Shown: positions 25,235 through 38,499 of the stretch, piece by piece
Position numbering within the stretch: position 1 is the stretch's first letter
How the letters are laid out: each line of letters starts with the position of its first letter
Assembly (NCBI RefSeq): GCF_036321535.1
Contig: NC_087437.1
Span: forward strand, 86,120,001 to 86,184,000
DNA from: Camelus dromedarius
Lineage: Eukaryota
Length of the DNA stretch: 64,000 bases
Direction of reading: 5' to 3'
Program-made: the position numbers and the translations under genes
The notes under the pieces: model-generated
Told to the model about the DNA's origin: nothing
Seen by the model: only the letters and a program-made list of their open reading frames with translations
The model's database searches: none

Positions 25235-26375
25235 TCAGCACACCTCTTATGGTCAACAACTCTAACTACACCCTAGGCACACAAACATATTTTTATACTC
25301 ATCCAGAGATCCCACTGTTTCTAGTTATTTTCTCATGTCAGAGAGCACCGGTCTTTCCAAAGCTGAAACTCTTCTATGATTAATTTCTCAGGGATTTTTC
25401 AAATGTTGTCTGGGGAAGAGCTCTTAAGAAATGAGTAAGCCAGCAACAGCATATTTTGCCATCAGCCTGGAAGGGGTGACTCAGATTTCACACCTAAGAA
25501 AATACATCCCAACATCTTGCTGTTACGAGCTGAAAGTCGAGAGCCCCATGTGGAACAAAAAGAACCTGCTACATCTAGCATTCAAGTGAAACCCCTGTTA
25601 TGAAGAATCTTAAGAGAATGTTACAATTTGGATGGATTTATCTCTTACTATAAAATTTCATTAAGGTATTGACTCAGATCTATAACAGAACCAGATTCAT
25701 TATTAAGAACTTTGGAGGGAATCCAACCAGAGGCTAGTAAACAACTATCTCCCACAGGAAAAACAAACAAGGGGCAAGTGGAGACCTAGGAAAGAGTGAG
25801 TTACTAAATGAATTAAAATGCGCCAGAAAAGAAAGGGAGATGCTCATGAATGAGGAGGAGGACAGAAGGTTATCACTGTAGTCTCCTCCAGTCTCTTATC
25901 ATGCTAGTAAGAAAAGCAGCCCACTGATCTGAAAGGATTGCAGGCAGCCAAGGAGGCTAAGAAGGAAAGAGGTAGGAGGTCACTGAATAAGCAAGTCATT
26001 TGGGAAATACCCAGACAAGAAAGCAACTGCTTCCAGATCAGTGCATGTGCTCCTATGTTGGCTCCAGAGAAGAACACTTTCACAAAAACCTGTCACTGTA
26101 AATTAGACTGGAACATTTGTTTACCCAACAAGGTGCCAGAAGCAGAGAAAAGACTGCCTAGGATAGAAGGAGAAGCACTTTACTACACTTAACCAAATCT
26201 GAGGGTGAACTTGGGAATCCTGTCTAGAAACAAAACAAGACAAATAGAAGAAGTGCAGAGGGCAGTCAGGCGCTTGCTGAATCACCAGGGAAAATGACTT
26301 TAAAACATTGTGGAGATACTGACTGTCTCTCTCGTATGAAATCACAGACTCCAATGTAATAAATTGAGTTTGCTA

Positions 26376-26410
<35 letters not shown>
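26376..26410. repeat. (AATC)8+ microsatellite
   Basis: Perfect tetranucleotide run. Confidence 0.97.
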
Positions 26411-26411
<1 letters not shown>

Positions 26412-27359
26412 GCTAGCTCAGAAACAACAGTTCTCAAGCCTGCAGCACTGCCTCCCAGGCAAAGGCTTCAGTGCTTTCTGTCAAAGGCCCCAGCGCTTTC
26501 AGTTGCCAGGCACCAAGAAGAGATCAAGGAGCAAGGAGAGCAAATGCAGGCTCGGAGTAGCTGGGTGCCTCCATGTGTAACAGAATAAAAATGTAAACAC
26601 TGCATTTAATTTGACTTTCCTTGTCAGCACAGCAACTGTTTCTTCTGGATAAAATAAGTCATGACCTTGAAGTTCTATGATTTGTACAAATGATGTTGAA
26701 AGTCAATGGCATTAAAACTCAACATGAGGGGTAGTATTCAGAGATTTCAGAGCCTCAGAAATGAGTCTCCAAACAGATCATGTTCATTTTCTGCCTCAGC
26801 ACATTCACTTATTGTTTTTCTCCTCTTCAGTATAGCCTCTCATCTGCCCCTCCCCAAAACCAACCTCCAAGCTTCCACTCCCACTTCTTTGACATCTTTA
26901 CCAGGTTTTTGGGGTTTTTTGCCTTTACTGTTACCTCCTAATTTTTGAATTCTATCAGTTAGTACCACAGAAATTACCACCTAATTGTTTTCTAATTGTT
27001 CCATGGTGCTAATTGATATTTCTCAACTAGCCTATCAAGTCTTTGAGGAAAGGTATCCTATCTCCCCATCCCCTTTTAATCACCAGACCATCTGGGATGG
27101 CACTAGGCACAAATAAGCCCTCCATCAAAAATTGTTTTCAGAGGCTCCTAAATGATTCCTTAACAAACAATATTTTTTTTCACTTTTAAATGAAATAGTA
27201 GAGTAGGCTGAAAATAAAACTTCACTAATCAAAAGAAGTATTATTAAGAGACTGGCTCAAAAATTTCAGGTTAATATTCAGAATTTTCCTGACTTGGGTA
27301 TGGTCAAACATTGAAAATACAATACCACCACTATAGAGCTGTTATTATGTGGAATTAAG

Positions 27360-27610
27360 GTACATAGTAGTAAAGATGAGAATTCTGGAACCAGAATGTC
27401 TTGGAAAAAACATCCCATCATTTAATGAGCTGGTGCTACTGAGTACAGTCACATAACTATGCTGGAGCCAATTTCATCATTTGTAAAATGAACAGATTAA
27501 TGGTACTCACCTCAGAAAAATGATACTGGAATTAAATGAGGAAATATATGTAAAAATCTTAACATGGTGTTAGGCACATAGTAAATGCTGAATACATGTG
27601 GCTAGTTGAT
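27360..27610 (+). mobile_element. MIR SINE
   Basis: 'caatttcatcatttgtaaaatg...tactcacctcag...gaattaaatgaggaaatatatgtaaaa...ggcacatagtaaatgctgaata'. Confidence 0.8.
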
Positions 27611-27779
27611 AACTTTATTCACCTACCAGACATCCGAATTATATCTGCAGGACACTTACAAATTTAAATCAGCATCAAAGATACTGGATCAGTGTTAAAT
27701 TATGAGATTATCAGATAAAGTTATACCTTCAATTTGGTTACGTTTGGAATAAAATGTAAAAAAATCCACTTTAATATAG

Positions 27780-29000
27780 CTCTTCATTGGCACCCACCAT
27801 GAACATACAGAGGTGATTCCAAAAAAAAGTTTGGGATACATGTAAGCGAAGTCATCATACTAGGCACTGGATAGATAGAAAAAAAATTAATTAGACATAA
27901 TTTCTGAATTTGTAAAAGACAATAATCCTGAGAGTCAGAGAAGCCAAGAAGCATTGTACTAATGCTTTAGTTTTCATTCAGTAAGCACCCTTCCTCATAC
28001 TGAGAAAGATACACAATGTGGGCCTTGGCCAATGAACTTCAAAAGACAATCAGATTAGGAAGTAAAGCTATAAATTAACAAATTTTAAAGTATTTATTTT
28101 ATTATATAAAGAAGGGTTTTAGTGAGTGATACAAAAAGTAAGTCAGTGAGAAGAGTCAAAGATTTAGAGGTAGTAGCAGAGATAAGCTGGCTTAAAACTG
28201 GTTCTGGTTGGGGAGGGACACCTGATTTTTACTATTTGCCAATTGTGTAAATATTCCCTTCATGCTGATTTGAAACGACTAATGAGATGTCCCTGAACAC
28301 AGAGCGGAGAAGAGATGTGAACACTTGACTCAGGCTCCAACACACCAATGTCAGAATTTGAAAGGAACCTTGAAGGACTTGCTGAATTTAAAAAAATTTT
28401 TAAAAAGTGTTCAAGAGTAGGAGTTCCAAGCGGAGAGGAATAGCTGGAATAAAGCCTCCAAATGAGAATGAACCAAAGTATTAAGGGAGAAGGTACGAGG
28501 TCAGTGTGATTAGAGTACTAACAGTGAGTTTGGAAAAATGGATTCAGACAAAGTTGATGCTTCCAAGAAGAGTAGCCTAAAGAGTCTAAACTTCATTCAG
28601 TAGCAAATGAGGATTCGCCAAAGACTGATGAAAAGACAGTTGACCTCATGAAAGTAATTCTTTAAGAGCAGTGATTGGTTTGGTATATTCTGTATCAGAA
28701 AAGGGAATGACTGGAAATTTGGAGACCAGGTGCAAGAAGAGAGCAGCAGAATTACACTGGCAGCACTGAGATCAAACAGGCAGAGAGAATTGGAAATGAC
28801 AATGTAGGGAGAAATCTGGTGGCATCTGAAGACTTCTTGGATATGGAGGATAAGAAGGCTGAAAAGAGAACAATGACTAAAGCTTTCATTTCTGGGTTTA
28901 GAGTAGAATTACTATCTCACTGAACAACAGAGGAGAAACAATTGAGGAGAAGCTAGTATAAGGGAGCAGCCAATCATTTCAGCTTTAGACACGTCGACTT
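27780..29000 (-). mobile_element. L2 LINE fragments
   Basis: Purine-rich antisense L2 wording, e.g. 'cttcattcagtagcaaatgaggattcgccaaagac', 'acttcttggatatggaggataag', 'ttcagctttagacacgtcgactttagg'. Confidence 0.55.
28177..28350 (-). mobile_element. MER63A-like hAT-Blackjack MITE inserted in L2
   Basis: 'gtgtaaatattcccttcatgctgatttgaaacgact...gtccctgaacacagagcggagaagagatgtg...ggctccaacacaccaatg'. Confidence 0.75.
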
Positions 29001-29384
29001 TAGGTCCCAGTAATGTCTGCTCTCTCCCCTGCCCTTCAGAATTCCATGGGCCACAGAGATCTAGGGCCTCTACCCACTTGCGGTGCCCTGTCATTCCCAA
29101 GGGCCAAACCTGACAACAGAACTCTCTCCAATTAAATGATACATCAGAGATCTTGAAGTCTTTTTCTTGTTGGAATCATCTTATCCCCTCTCTTTCAGTT
29201 ATCCTTTTTTCATCCCTGCTGTCTCCATTCACCTACCTTCTTTTCATCCAATGCTGAGGACCTTTCTTTTGTAGTAAATATTCTCACTTTTTAAAAAATC
29301 CTCTTGCAATGCATTTCTGTACTAAAATAATGTTACAGTGTTTTATATTTTGTATTTTGAATATCTCACTTTATACATACTGGC

Positions 29385-29520
29385 ATATTTATTACTCCAT
29401 CCATTCTCCTAAAAAATCCTACGGGATAAGTGAGGGTAGCTATAATTAACCTCATTCTGTAAATGGAGAACCAAGGCATAAGAGATAATTAATATAATCA
29501 AGTGACTGATTGAGAGGCAA
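29385..29520 (-). mobile_element. MIR SINE fragment
   Basis: 'aatcctacgggataag...attaacctcattctgtaaatggagaaccaaggcataagag'. Confidence 0.6.
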
Positions 29521-30980
29521 TCACTGATTTAGAATTTTCTTCTCAATATTTTACCTAATAAGTAAGGTGTTGTTTCCAACATTTTAATTCCCTTAAAAGG
29601 AAGATTCTAAATTTATTTTTTGCTATTTATAGTAATTTTATCTTAAAACAATATAAGATAAAATCTAAACTAGAATTAAGAATAAATTCCTCCTAATCAA
29701 AATTCCACTGCCTTTTTCAAAACTTGACTTGTTTTCTAGGATTAGCTACAATAACCAGAGATGAAGACTACTAAACGAAATTCTAAAAGAAGATAATCCT
29801 AATGCTTTTAGATCTTGTGTGCCGTAATTTACTGCTCAAATAAGATAAATTAGAAACAAGGCACTTAGTTTTTATTACCATCTCTAGCCTGGATATAAAA
29901 CCTTATAATTTTTAGTATATCTCTATAAGCATTAGAGTATGTTTAAATACAAACAGTAAGATATAAAGATGGAAACTATGCAAGGCAGTTTCAGGTCCAA
30001 AAGGTGCTTACTCTGTAAGTAACTCAGACTGCAGTCTCCTCACGTCTCAGATCTTAGCAAAAGGCATGCAATCAAGCCTCCATTCTGAGCTGAATGCTTC
30101 TAACTTATTAATTCTAACAGACAAGATAAGGGGAAAGAAAACCTCTGAAGCATGTAAATTCCATTGTTTTAATGTATAAGTAGTTTTAACCCTGAAGGGT
30201 AGCCCACCAACTACTGAGGAGCTCTTGAATGCTGAATAATGTTCTTCAACTCTTTGTTCTGAGTTCAACATAATTATTCTGAATATGAGCAAATGTTCCT
30301 GAAAACACTGGTTTTAAAACTTAGGCCTGTTGTTCTCAACATTGGGAGGCAAACCTCTGAGAAGCAATAGGGTTACAAGGTCTGAAGTGATAGGGATATA
30401 AGCACATCAAATGCAGACTGAGTGAGTAATATTCTGCATTTACAGAATGAGGTTAATTAGAGTTACCCTCACTTATCTCATATAATCTTTGGGGTAATAA
30501 ATGAAATGTTAACTATCTCAGTATAATTCTTAGTAAATTTTCTAATTATGTATTTTCCGATCAACAGGCTTAAAAATGCAAGTTCTATCTTTTTGGTATC
30601 TTCAAAATATTTTACCACTATACAAAGATTTTTTTAGACTAAACAAAGTCAATATCCATTACTTAAATCTTAGACTGAGCAAAGTATTGCACTTCTGATA
30701 GGGTTATTATTATTTAATACCTTGTGATATTTTATTTTATGTATTTTGGAAAATACTTTTTAATCCGCAAACATACGAGCCATGTATAATAAACAAACAT
30801 GTAAAATATAGGGTAGAGGGGGAAGGTTTATTATCAGGGTCCCTCAAACTTGGCTGTTACTGTAAACTATCTCTACACTGCATCCTACCTGAAGAATGAG
30901 AATATAGCTACTACAATTTCCTTATTCTTGGAACTATTTTTCAATGTCTTTAATTTTTATATTAATAATGAAATCTTACC

Positions 30981-31043
30981 TGTAAAGTGCTTTGAACTCC
31001 TTGGAGAAAGGAACTATGTAAATGCAAAGCATCACTGTTATTA
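30981..31043 (+). mobile_element. Ancient L2-clade / AmnSINE-type 3' tail remnant
   Basis: tgtaaagtgctttgaactccttggagaaaggaactatgtaaatgcaaagcatcactgttatta parallels the TGTAAAGCGCTTTG...GAAAGGCGCTATATAAAT...(TTA)n tail of these families. Confidence 0.6.
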
Positions 31044-33223
31044 CTCTGCAGTAAATTCCAGCTAACACAGTAGGTAATTAAGGGAGAGAGCTGGGGAGTA
31101 ATTAAAAGTAATTGATATCTCACTGTCCTTGCAAGGTGCTATTTTTGCTGTTCCTCAATACCTTCAAAGTAGTGTCAAGTACAAAAAATAAATAAATAAT
31201 TCTTAGAGGAAAGCAGAAAATCCATCAATCCCCTTCTTCCAATCAGGACATTCCGAGACACAGTATCCCCAACCTGAGAGGGGTTCCCAGTAACTCATGG
31301 ACCCCGTTATTAGCAGAAAACAAGCAAGAAGCTTCAGAGTCCACAGTGTCCTCGAGAGTCTTCGTGTTGCTCACAGGAGGGGACAGTCATTAAAGCAGTG
31401 ACCGGAAATAGTCTGAACACTAAACTGTTGTCTGATTTCTTGGGATGCAGATATAAAGTAAGCTGTTTAGTGATCAAAAACATATATTGTCTAGTTGTGT
31501 CATGTATAAGGGGCTAGAAAGTTTGTGGGCACTGAGAGCTTCTCACAGAGATTCCTTCTTCCTCCTTCACTTGCAGCTGAAACCTCACTCCCTGGTCTTT
31601 AAACTTTGGATAAGCCAAGATCATCCACACGAACACGAGTCTGTCCATTTCTCAACTAAGATTGACCTGCCCATTTTTTCCTACTCAAATTTTGTTCATC
31701 CTTCAAGGCCTACTCTCTCATGATCTCACTGTTCAGACAGAGCTCAGATGTGTCTTCTTAGGATCATATTTAGAATGTCTTGCTCCAAAAATCTTAGTGA
31801 TTCCTAAGGACCCCAGCCACACAACATCAAACAGTGACAATACTTAGGAAGTATTTTCTGACCAAGGTTATGGCATGCTTTCTGGAACAGGGAACCAAAA
31901 GGAGGTTTGAAAACTTTTTGGTACTCTTTCAGACTGTTACGGTGTTAAGTCTGGAGTAAGGCAGTGCCAGTATTATGCAAGAATCTCCCTGCTTTTTTAG
32001 ACTTAGGTAAACCCAGGCCCCTAATAAGCAACACAAAACTGTATTTCTTCTGTCCTGACACTACACTTCCAGGCTGCCTTTAAAGTTGTTTACAACTGCT
32101 TCTTTCAGCCTGTAGGTAATGCCTGCATATTCAGACATTAACACAGATCTTTCAACAATAACCCTTTGGTTTTCTCCCTTCCCTGTTCCAGCTCCTTGTG
32201 ATAGCTGTTCCTGCAGTCACCATATCAATGAAGCCGCCACCTCTACTGAGACGACTTCCTGCCCCCGATGCCTCCACTGCTGCCTGGGACGGCTGGCAGA
32301 GGCTGCCCAGTCTGCAGGCATGTCTGGACAAGTCAGAATCTCAGGGAGTTAGTTCCTGTCTAAACTGAGGTTGTCACATGGTGGTCAGCTAAGGTAGATA
32401 TAAAGAAAAGAAACTTCCATTTATAGGACTTGCTATGCCAGGTGCTAATGCTGATACATCCCTAGTTCAGTTAGTCCTTACAGTTGTCTTGTTGAAGACA
32501 GAGACTTGGAAAAGTTAAGTAATTTTCCTGAGATCATATTATTTCAGAGCCAGAATTGCAATTTAGGTCCATGTTATTTCAAAGCCCTTCTTCCCATGGT
32601 GCACATTTCCATGGCCTGGCGTCCAAGAGTCAAAGTCCACTGAGTAAGCTCTGGCTATCTGCTCTCTGAACTGTTTTTACTGTTGGTTGAGTATAGGGAT
32701 TTTGGACTTTTTTGTGGTAATTATAATCAGACATCTTCTAGAAATTGCAGGTAAATGAATCTGCCCTTCAGGGAACTTCGGACAGAAGGGACAGAATTGT
32801 CTCCCAAATAGGAATGGAAAGCATAAAAGAAAAGGGAGCCAATGCTGTGCTCCAGTAATAACTTCATATCGATGGCTGCTGTAGATACAGGGGTCTCTGC
32901 CACCGAGAGACGGTTGCCCTTCTCATTAAAAGCACCGCTTAAATTGAAGCACCATGAAGAGACACGGCAAATGCATGTCATCAATCAGATACTGGCTTGC
33001 TATTTTCTATGAATCTGACATATCCCTGTTTTCCCATATGCCTTGTCTCTTCCTGCTACACATTGCCTTCCCACTCTCCCTCCTCCTCTTCATTTATCAC
33101 CTTCTGTTCCTCCCCTGCTTCTTCTGTTTTCAATTGAGTGATGTTAAATGTTTTAAGTGTGAAATAATATGCATCATACTGGGGCTCTTCAGGAAAGTAA
33201 TAGAAATATATGTACCATCACCC

Positions 33224-33273
33224 TGTATGTGTGTGTGTGTGTGTGTGTGTGTGCGTGCACGCGTGTGTGTGTA
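33224..33273. repeat. (TG)n compound microsatellite
   Basis: Uninterrupted purine-pyrimidine alternation, including gtgcgtgcacgcgtgt. Confidence 0.95.
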
Positions 33274-33986
33274 ATCATGAGCCATAGTAATAATGTTCAC
33301 AGTAATATAGGATGAGATCTGAAATAAATGTGGGATGGGTAAGTCAAGGTGTTAATAAAAACATAAGGTATTCTCAGGGCCCTCTATCTGTCCTTCTCTG
33401 GACCTTGCTATCCACTGCTACCCATGTACCATCAGAAAAGCACTGGCAAATGCAAGAAGCTCTGATAATTATTTTTGCAGAGCAGTGTAAAGGTCTGCAT
33501 GGCTCTGAAATGTTTTGAATACATCAGCATGGCAACAGAGCATCCACTTGGTAGAGGTAGAAAGGATACAGACAAATGAGAGCACTATACAATTCTCCCA
33601 TGTTAAAGATACTCAAAGCACTATGTAGACGACAACCAAATTCAGAGACAGAGATCTCAAGCTAAATAGTGCCCTTTGTACGAGTAGTTTTTAAAAACTG
33701 GTGATCTCTAAGACAGGATTCATAGTACAGTGATACCTGGATTAACACAAATCTCCCTGACTCAAAGGTTCAGGTATGGGCATGGCTGGGATAACTTCTG
33801 CCGTCCTTAGCACAAGGCCAGTAGAAGTAGCAAATGAGGCAGCTGAGATAGTGATGATTTCGTCCAAGCAGATCAGTGTGGCCTGGGTGACACAAAGGCA
33901 CATTCTGGAGCAGAAGGGCCCAGTCATCCAGGAGTTAGGGAGCTGGGGGAGGGTGGGTGCTGCTGATTTTGATCTTATTTTGCTTC

Positions 33987-34474
33987 TACAGGAGAGCAAA
34001 ATCTGCCACCTCAAAATGTGTATATGTGGCATGAGGATCATTTTGGGCTGGCTATTTCTGAGAAACAGAAGATTCCAAAAGTTTTTCTTTTTACCTCCCC
34101 TTTAACTGCCTAAGAGAATTTATATAGGGAGCCTGTACAAGGAAGAGAGTTATTACCAAAAATAACTTCTTTTTACATCAGAAAGACTCCTCTGCGTGGC
34201 ATGGCAAACATTTGCTTCACAAACATTTGCTCTTCCCACCTCCCCTTGAGTGAACTGTCTTCCTTCCATTTGAAGTCCCAGACCCCTGCCTACTTCTTCT
34301 TAGCTCAGAATAGCACAGAGACTTCAATTGTTTGACTGTCTCTGGGTCTCACATTTTTATGGGGACCTCATGTATTTAAGTAACTTTTCTCCTTTTACTC
34401 TGTTTTATGTTAATTTGATTATCAGACCAGCCAAAGAATCTAGACAGGGAGGGGGAAATTATTCCTCCTCTAAA
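33987..34474 (+). mobile_element. MER34-like ERV1 solo LTR with 4-bp TSD
   Basis: Starts 'tacaggagagcaaaatctgccacctcaaaatgtg...ggcatgaggatcattttgggctg'; ends 'attatcagaccagccaaagaatctaga...ttcctcctctaaa'; flanked by cttc/cttc. Confidence 0.85.
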
Positions 34475-34699
34475 CTTCCAAGAGAAATTGGAACATCAAA
34501 TGCATAAGCAGAAAAGGAGAAATGCACAAGGAGAAAAATGCCTGCCCGAGACAGTTACAGGAAGGGGTCTACTTTCTGAAAATTTCCCAGTTCTTCCCAT
34601 GTTACCGAGTAGCAGGATTAGTAGTAGACCGATACTTAGCAAGAAATGACCACAAGTCAATGAGGCAAATGCTATAATACAGGCAAACAGAAACCTTCT

Positions 34700-35330
34700 G
34701 TGGTGGTAAAAGAGAAAATCTCTTCTTTGACTGAGATGAGAGGATTTTAGTGAAGGTTCCAAAAAAGAGATTATGTTAAAGTAGATGATAAATCATGAGT
34801 TGGAGTCTGGGCAGAATGACAGATGTTAGAAGACAAGGAGGGAATTAAGGAAATGGTAAGGAAGTCAGTGATGAGTAGGACAGGGTGTATTATGGGGACT
34901 GCTTAGCATGGAGTTTTGAAATGTATAATAGGATTAAATACTGAAGTATTTTATAAGCCAGTCTACAGAGTTTGGACCTGAGGCTAAGGTTAAGCAGAAG
35001 TGTGACATGTTGAGATTTTTATTAAAAGGTAAGTCAGGAAACTATATAAATCGTGGATTAAGGTGGTGGTGAGATTTTGGATAAGCAGTACTGAATAAAT
35101 ACTGAGGACTCAAGACAAGAGATCATAATAATCTAACTTGCACTGGAAGTACAGAGAGAAAGAAAAAAATGGGTTGAAGAGAAAGTAAGGAGGTGGAGAT
35201 CCTGCAGGACAGATTAGACAGAGTGCTAGAAAGAGGAGACAGGTGGGAAGTTAAATTTCTCTGCTTATGAGACAAAGTGGATAATGATGCCTTTGACCAA
35301 GGCAAACAATACAGCCCAAAGGTCAGCTGT
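34700..35330 (-). mobile_element. L2 LINE fragment
   Basis: Purine-rich antisense L2 body, e.g. 'cagaagtgtgacatgttgagatttttatt'. Confidence 0.5.
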
Positions 35331-35774
35331 CTCAACAGCCTTCCATCTGATTACTGCAGATCCTCAGCTCCCTCCTCAGAGCCTTCATATGTTTTAATGT
35401 ACCCACAAGTTAGAGTCATTACGAACCACCCACCATGTTCCTCCTCTCTTGCTTGGGCTCCCACTCACTCGCATCTGCTGCTGCAAAGTAACTTGGAACA
35501 GCTTCCCCGCCTGCCACAAGAATGTGCCTTGTCAATGACCATATCACAGATACTGCGTCTGAATGATCCTAAGGTTTCCACGTTTACAAACTCCAGACTG
35601 GCACTGAGCTCCGTGCCAAGGCAGAGCATTGGGCAAAAGTGGGCTCACTCACTGGAACTTCTCCTCCATAAGAATGTATGCTCTAAGAGCACAGAGCTTT
35701 TTACGTTCCATTTACTGCAGTATCTCCTGTGTCTATAATAGTGCCTGGCACGTAACAGGTGCTCAATAAATATT

Positions 35775-36010
35775 TTTAATTAAACTTTTTATTTTAAGAT
35801 AATTGCAGCCTCACATGCAGTTGTAAGAAATAATACAGAGAGATCCAGTACTCTTTAGCAATCTCCTCCAACGGTTACATCTTGAAAAACTGTAGTATGA
35901 TATCACAACCAGGATATTGATGTTAAAACGGTCACAATTCAAAATATTCCCATCACCACTAAGATCCCTCATGTTGCCCTTTTACAGCCATACCCACTAC
36001 CCTCCAAAGG
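35775..36010 (-). mobile_element. L1MC-like 3' end inserted into an L2 tail
   Basis: 'aactttttattttaagataattgcagcctcacatgcagttgtaagaaataatacagagagatcc...tatcacaaccaggatattga'; the L2 tail 'gtgctcaataaatattt' precedes it and 'aaatatttctgtcaaatga' follows it. Confidence 0.85.
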
Positions 36011-38499
36011 AAATTTGCTCCAAATATTTCTGTCAAATGAGACCTATGGAAAGCAACTGGAGATACTGGAGATAATCTAGAAGGATTCTATACACAGTTT
36101 GCTTCACAATTAATTTAAATCTTACACCAGTTTAAAGACGCTTAAATGTATCAAATTGAGACTGTGGTTTAAAGAGGGGGAAAAGACAAAAAGAAATCCT
36201 AAGCAGTGCAGATAATGCAGTACTGTTCCTAAATCAAAAGACTGACAAGTCATTTTTATTTCCAGTATATTTATTTAGATTAAAATAGAATTAAAGGTAC
36301 AGTTACTTCTTTTAAGATTATTATTCATTTTAGAAAACTTTTTGATTAAGTGACTAAAGGTCCCAACCGTCTTGGACAAGAGGTCTTCTCACAGGTCCCT
36401 CACTCTGGTTATGTCATTTTCACTCTCAAAATGGGGCTCAAACTCAGTCCAAAGGCCCTCTCTATCCTGTTTTGCTTTTATTCTCTTCGGTCTTTCCTCT
36501 CATCCCAATTTTTTTTCTCCTCCTTCAATTATAAATAAAAACCTCCATGTATATGACTTAAAACACTGATATGAAATGTTGAGGGGGGAGGAAAAAGAAA
36601 AGTCACCATCTTTAAGCAGCAGTAAGCTGCAAACGCTCTTACTTAAAAAGAAAAAATGGAAGCAAAAGAAGCTTAGGGGGATCAGGCAATCAGAAAATGG
36701 GCTCGAGATTAAAGATGTTATATTTCAAGACTTGTCCTCTTCGTGTCCATCTTCCACAGCCACAAACTTGGTCATGTGACTCCCCTGCTTGGCTCCCCGT
36801 TGCCTAAAGACGATGCTTACAGTCACATGCATGGCCTACTGAGATCCTCCGTGTTCTGATCCCCGGCTGTTTCTCCAATCTTTCACCTGCTCTTCCTTGC
36901 CATGTACTTCTGTCTCCAGAAACACCAACTGACATTTTCCTACACATACCCTAAGCAGTGTCTTCATTCAGAACCTCTGCTGGTGCTGTTCCCTACTCCT
37001 CACACCCACCCTCACTTCCTCTGGTTAGGGCCTGATTCTTACTCATTTAATTCTTATTCACGTCACATATTATTTTTTCCACACAGCTTTCATGGAAGCC
37101 TTCCCAGAAGCCTTTCCTGTCACCTACTGAATTAGATAACTAAAGTCTATTCATCAATATTCCTTTTCTCCAAGCCACAGAAACGCAATTCCAAACTTAG
37201 GAGAACAAAGAGAATTTGTATCACTCAAAAAAGAATTATAGGAAAAGCATCCCATGGGAAGAGATTCCCACTTAACCATGAAAAACCTGCACTGTGACAC
37301 TTAATGCATGGTATTATAATCTGTTCACGTTTCTACCTTCCTCAGTCTATATGCCTGAAGCTATTCATTTTAGGATTTCCCAATGTCAAACACAATGCCG
37401 AGTGCAGTCGAAGTTGAATATATGCTTGTTGTATAAAATAAATTATTACATTTTGGTTGGAAGTTCAGGAAAGTGTTACCTAGAGGGAATATTTCATATA
37501 CAGGAGATTTTATCTGTAAGTACAGATAGAGAACTTGGTGAATAGAGTTTAAGAATGAAAGAAAAATTGATGAAGACCTTTAAGGATTGGTGATGATTCT
37601 AGGCTTACACGTGAAACGTGGCGGGAAACAGGGATGCCTTTCCATTGAGACGGGAGGGAAGAAGGTATAGTCGGTGATGATGCAAGCGAGATCAGAAGTG
37701 ACAAGATGAGGTGAGAGAACTCAGACCCACTGATCTGTCTTTTCTCTCCAAGATAATAAGCAATGTCATCTGCTTCAGAGGGAGAAGACAGTGGTATCTG
37801 GAACTGAGGTAGGAGAGTAGAAGAAAGTGGTAACTTGTTGAGAAAAATGGGAACAGTTTCTTTCAAGGGACAAGGAGAAGTGCAGTGGAGGGATAACTTA
37901 ATACCAGCTTTCCCACAGGCCCCATGCCTCATAAAGCCAAAACAACCTGGCCAGGAAATTCCATGAATGTTCATGCATCATTTTCCCACTGAGTTGGCTC
38001 TTCCTAGAAAGCAGTTCCTTCTATTTAACTCTATACTCATACCTATATTTTTAGCTACCTTTATCTCCTTTCCTTCTCCTATAAATATGCTTAAGTCTTA
38101 CACATCCTAAAAAAGAGATGAGTTACTTACAGTCCGTTTAGTCCCTCATCTACTGCTCTCTGACTTTGGCTCCACTGCTACTGAAATAGCTTTTGCAAAG
38201 GTCATTATCACCTGGTTACAAAGAACTACAGACTTTTTTTCTCAATCTTCCTTCTATCTGGCATTCTGAAAGCTCTTGAGCCCACTGACAATCCCCTGCT
38301 TTTGAAACATTCTCATCTTCAGAAATCATCATACTAAATGAGCCTGGAGTGGTACAATGCACAGATCATGGCCTGTATCCAGACCATGCAGTTTTCTCAC
38401 TGAGTGGTGTTAGAGAAGTTATTTGACCTCTCTACATCTCAGTTTATGCAGCTGCAAAACAGATATGATACCCACTTAGTAGCTGACTCAAAACTTAAT

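Noticed and set aside
35277..35738. Longest ORF in the track (153 aa)
   Set aside because: Non-ATG start, overlaps L2 fragments at both ends, no recognisable domain; length is compatible with chance in 64 kb.
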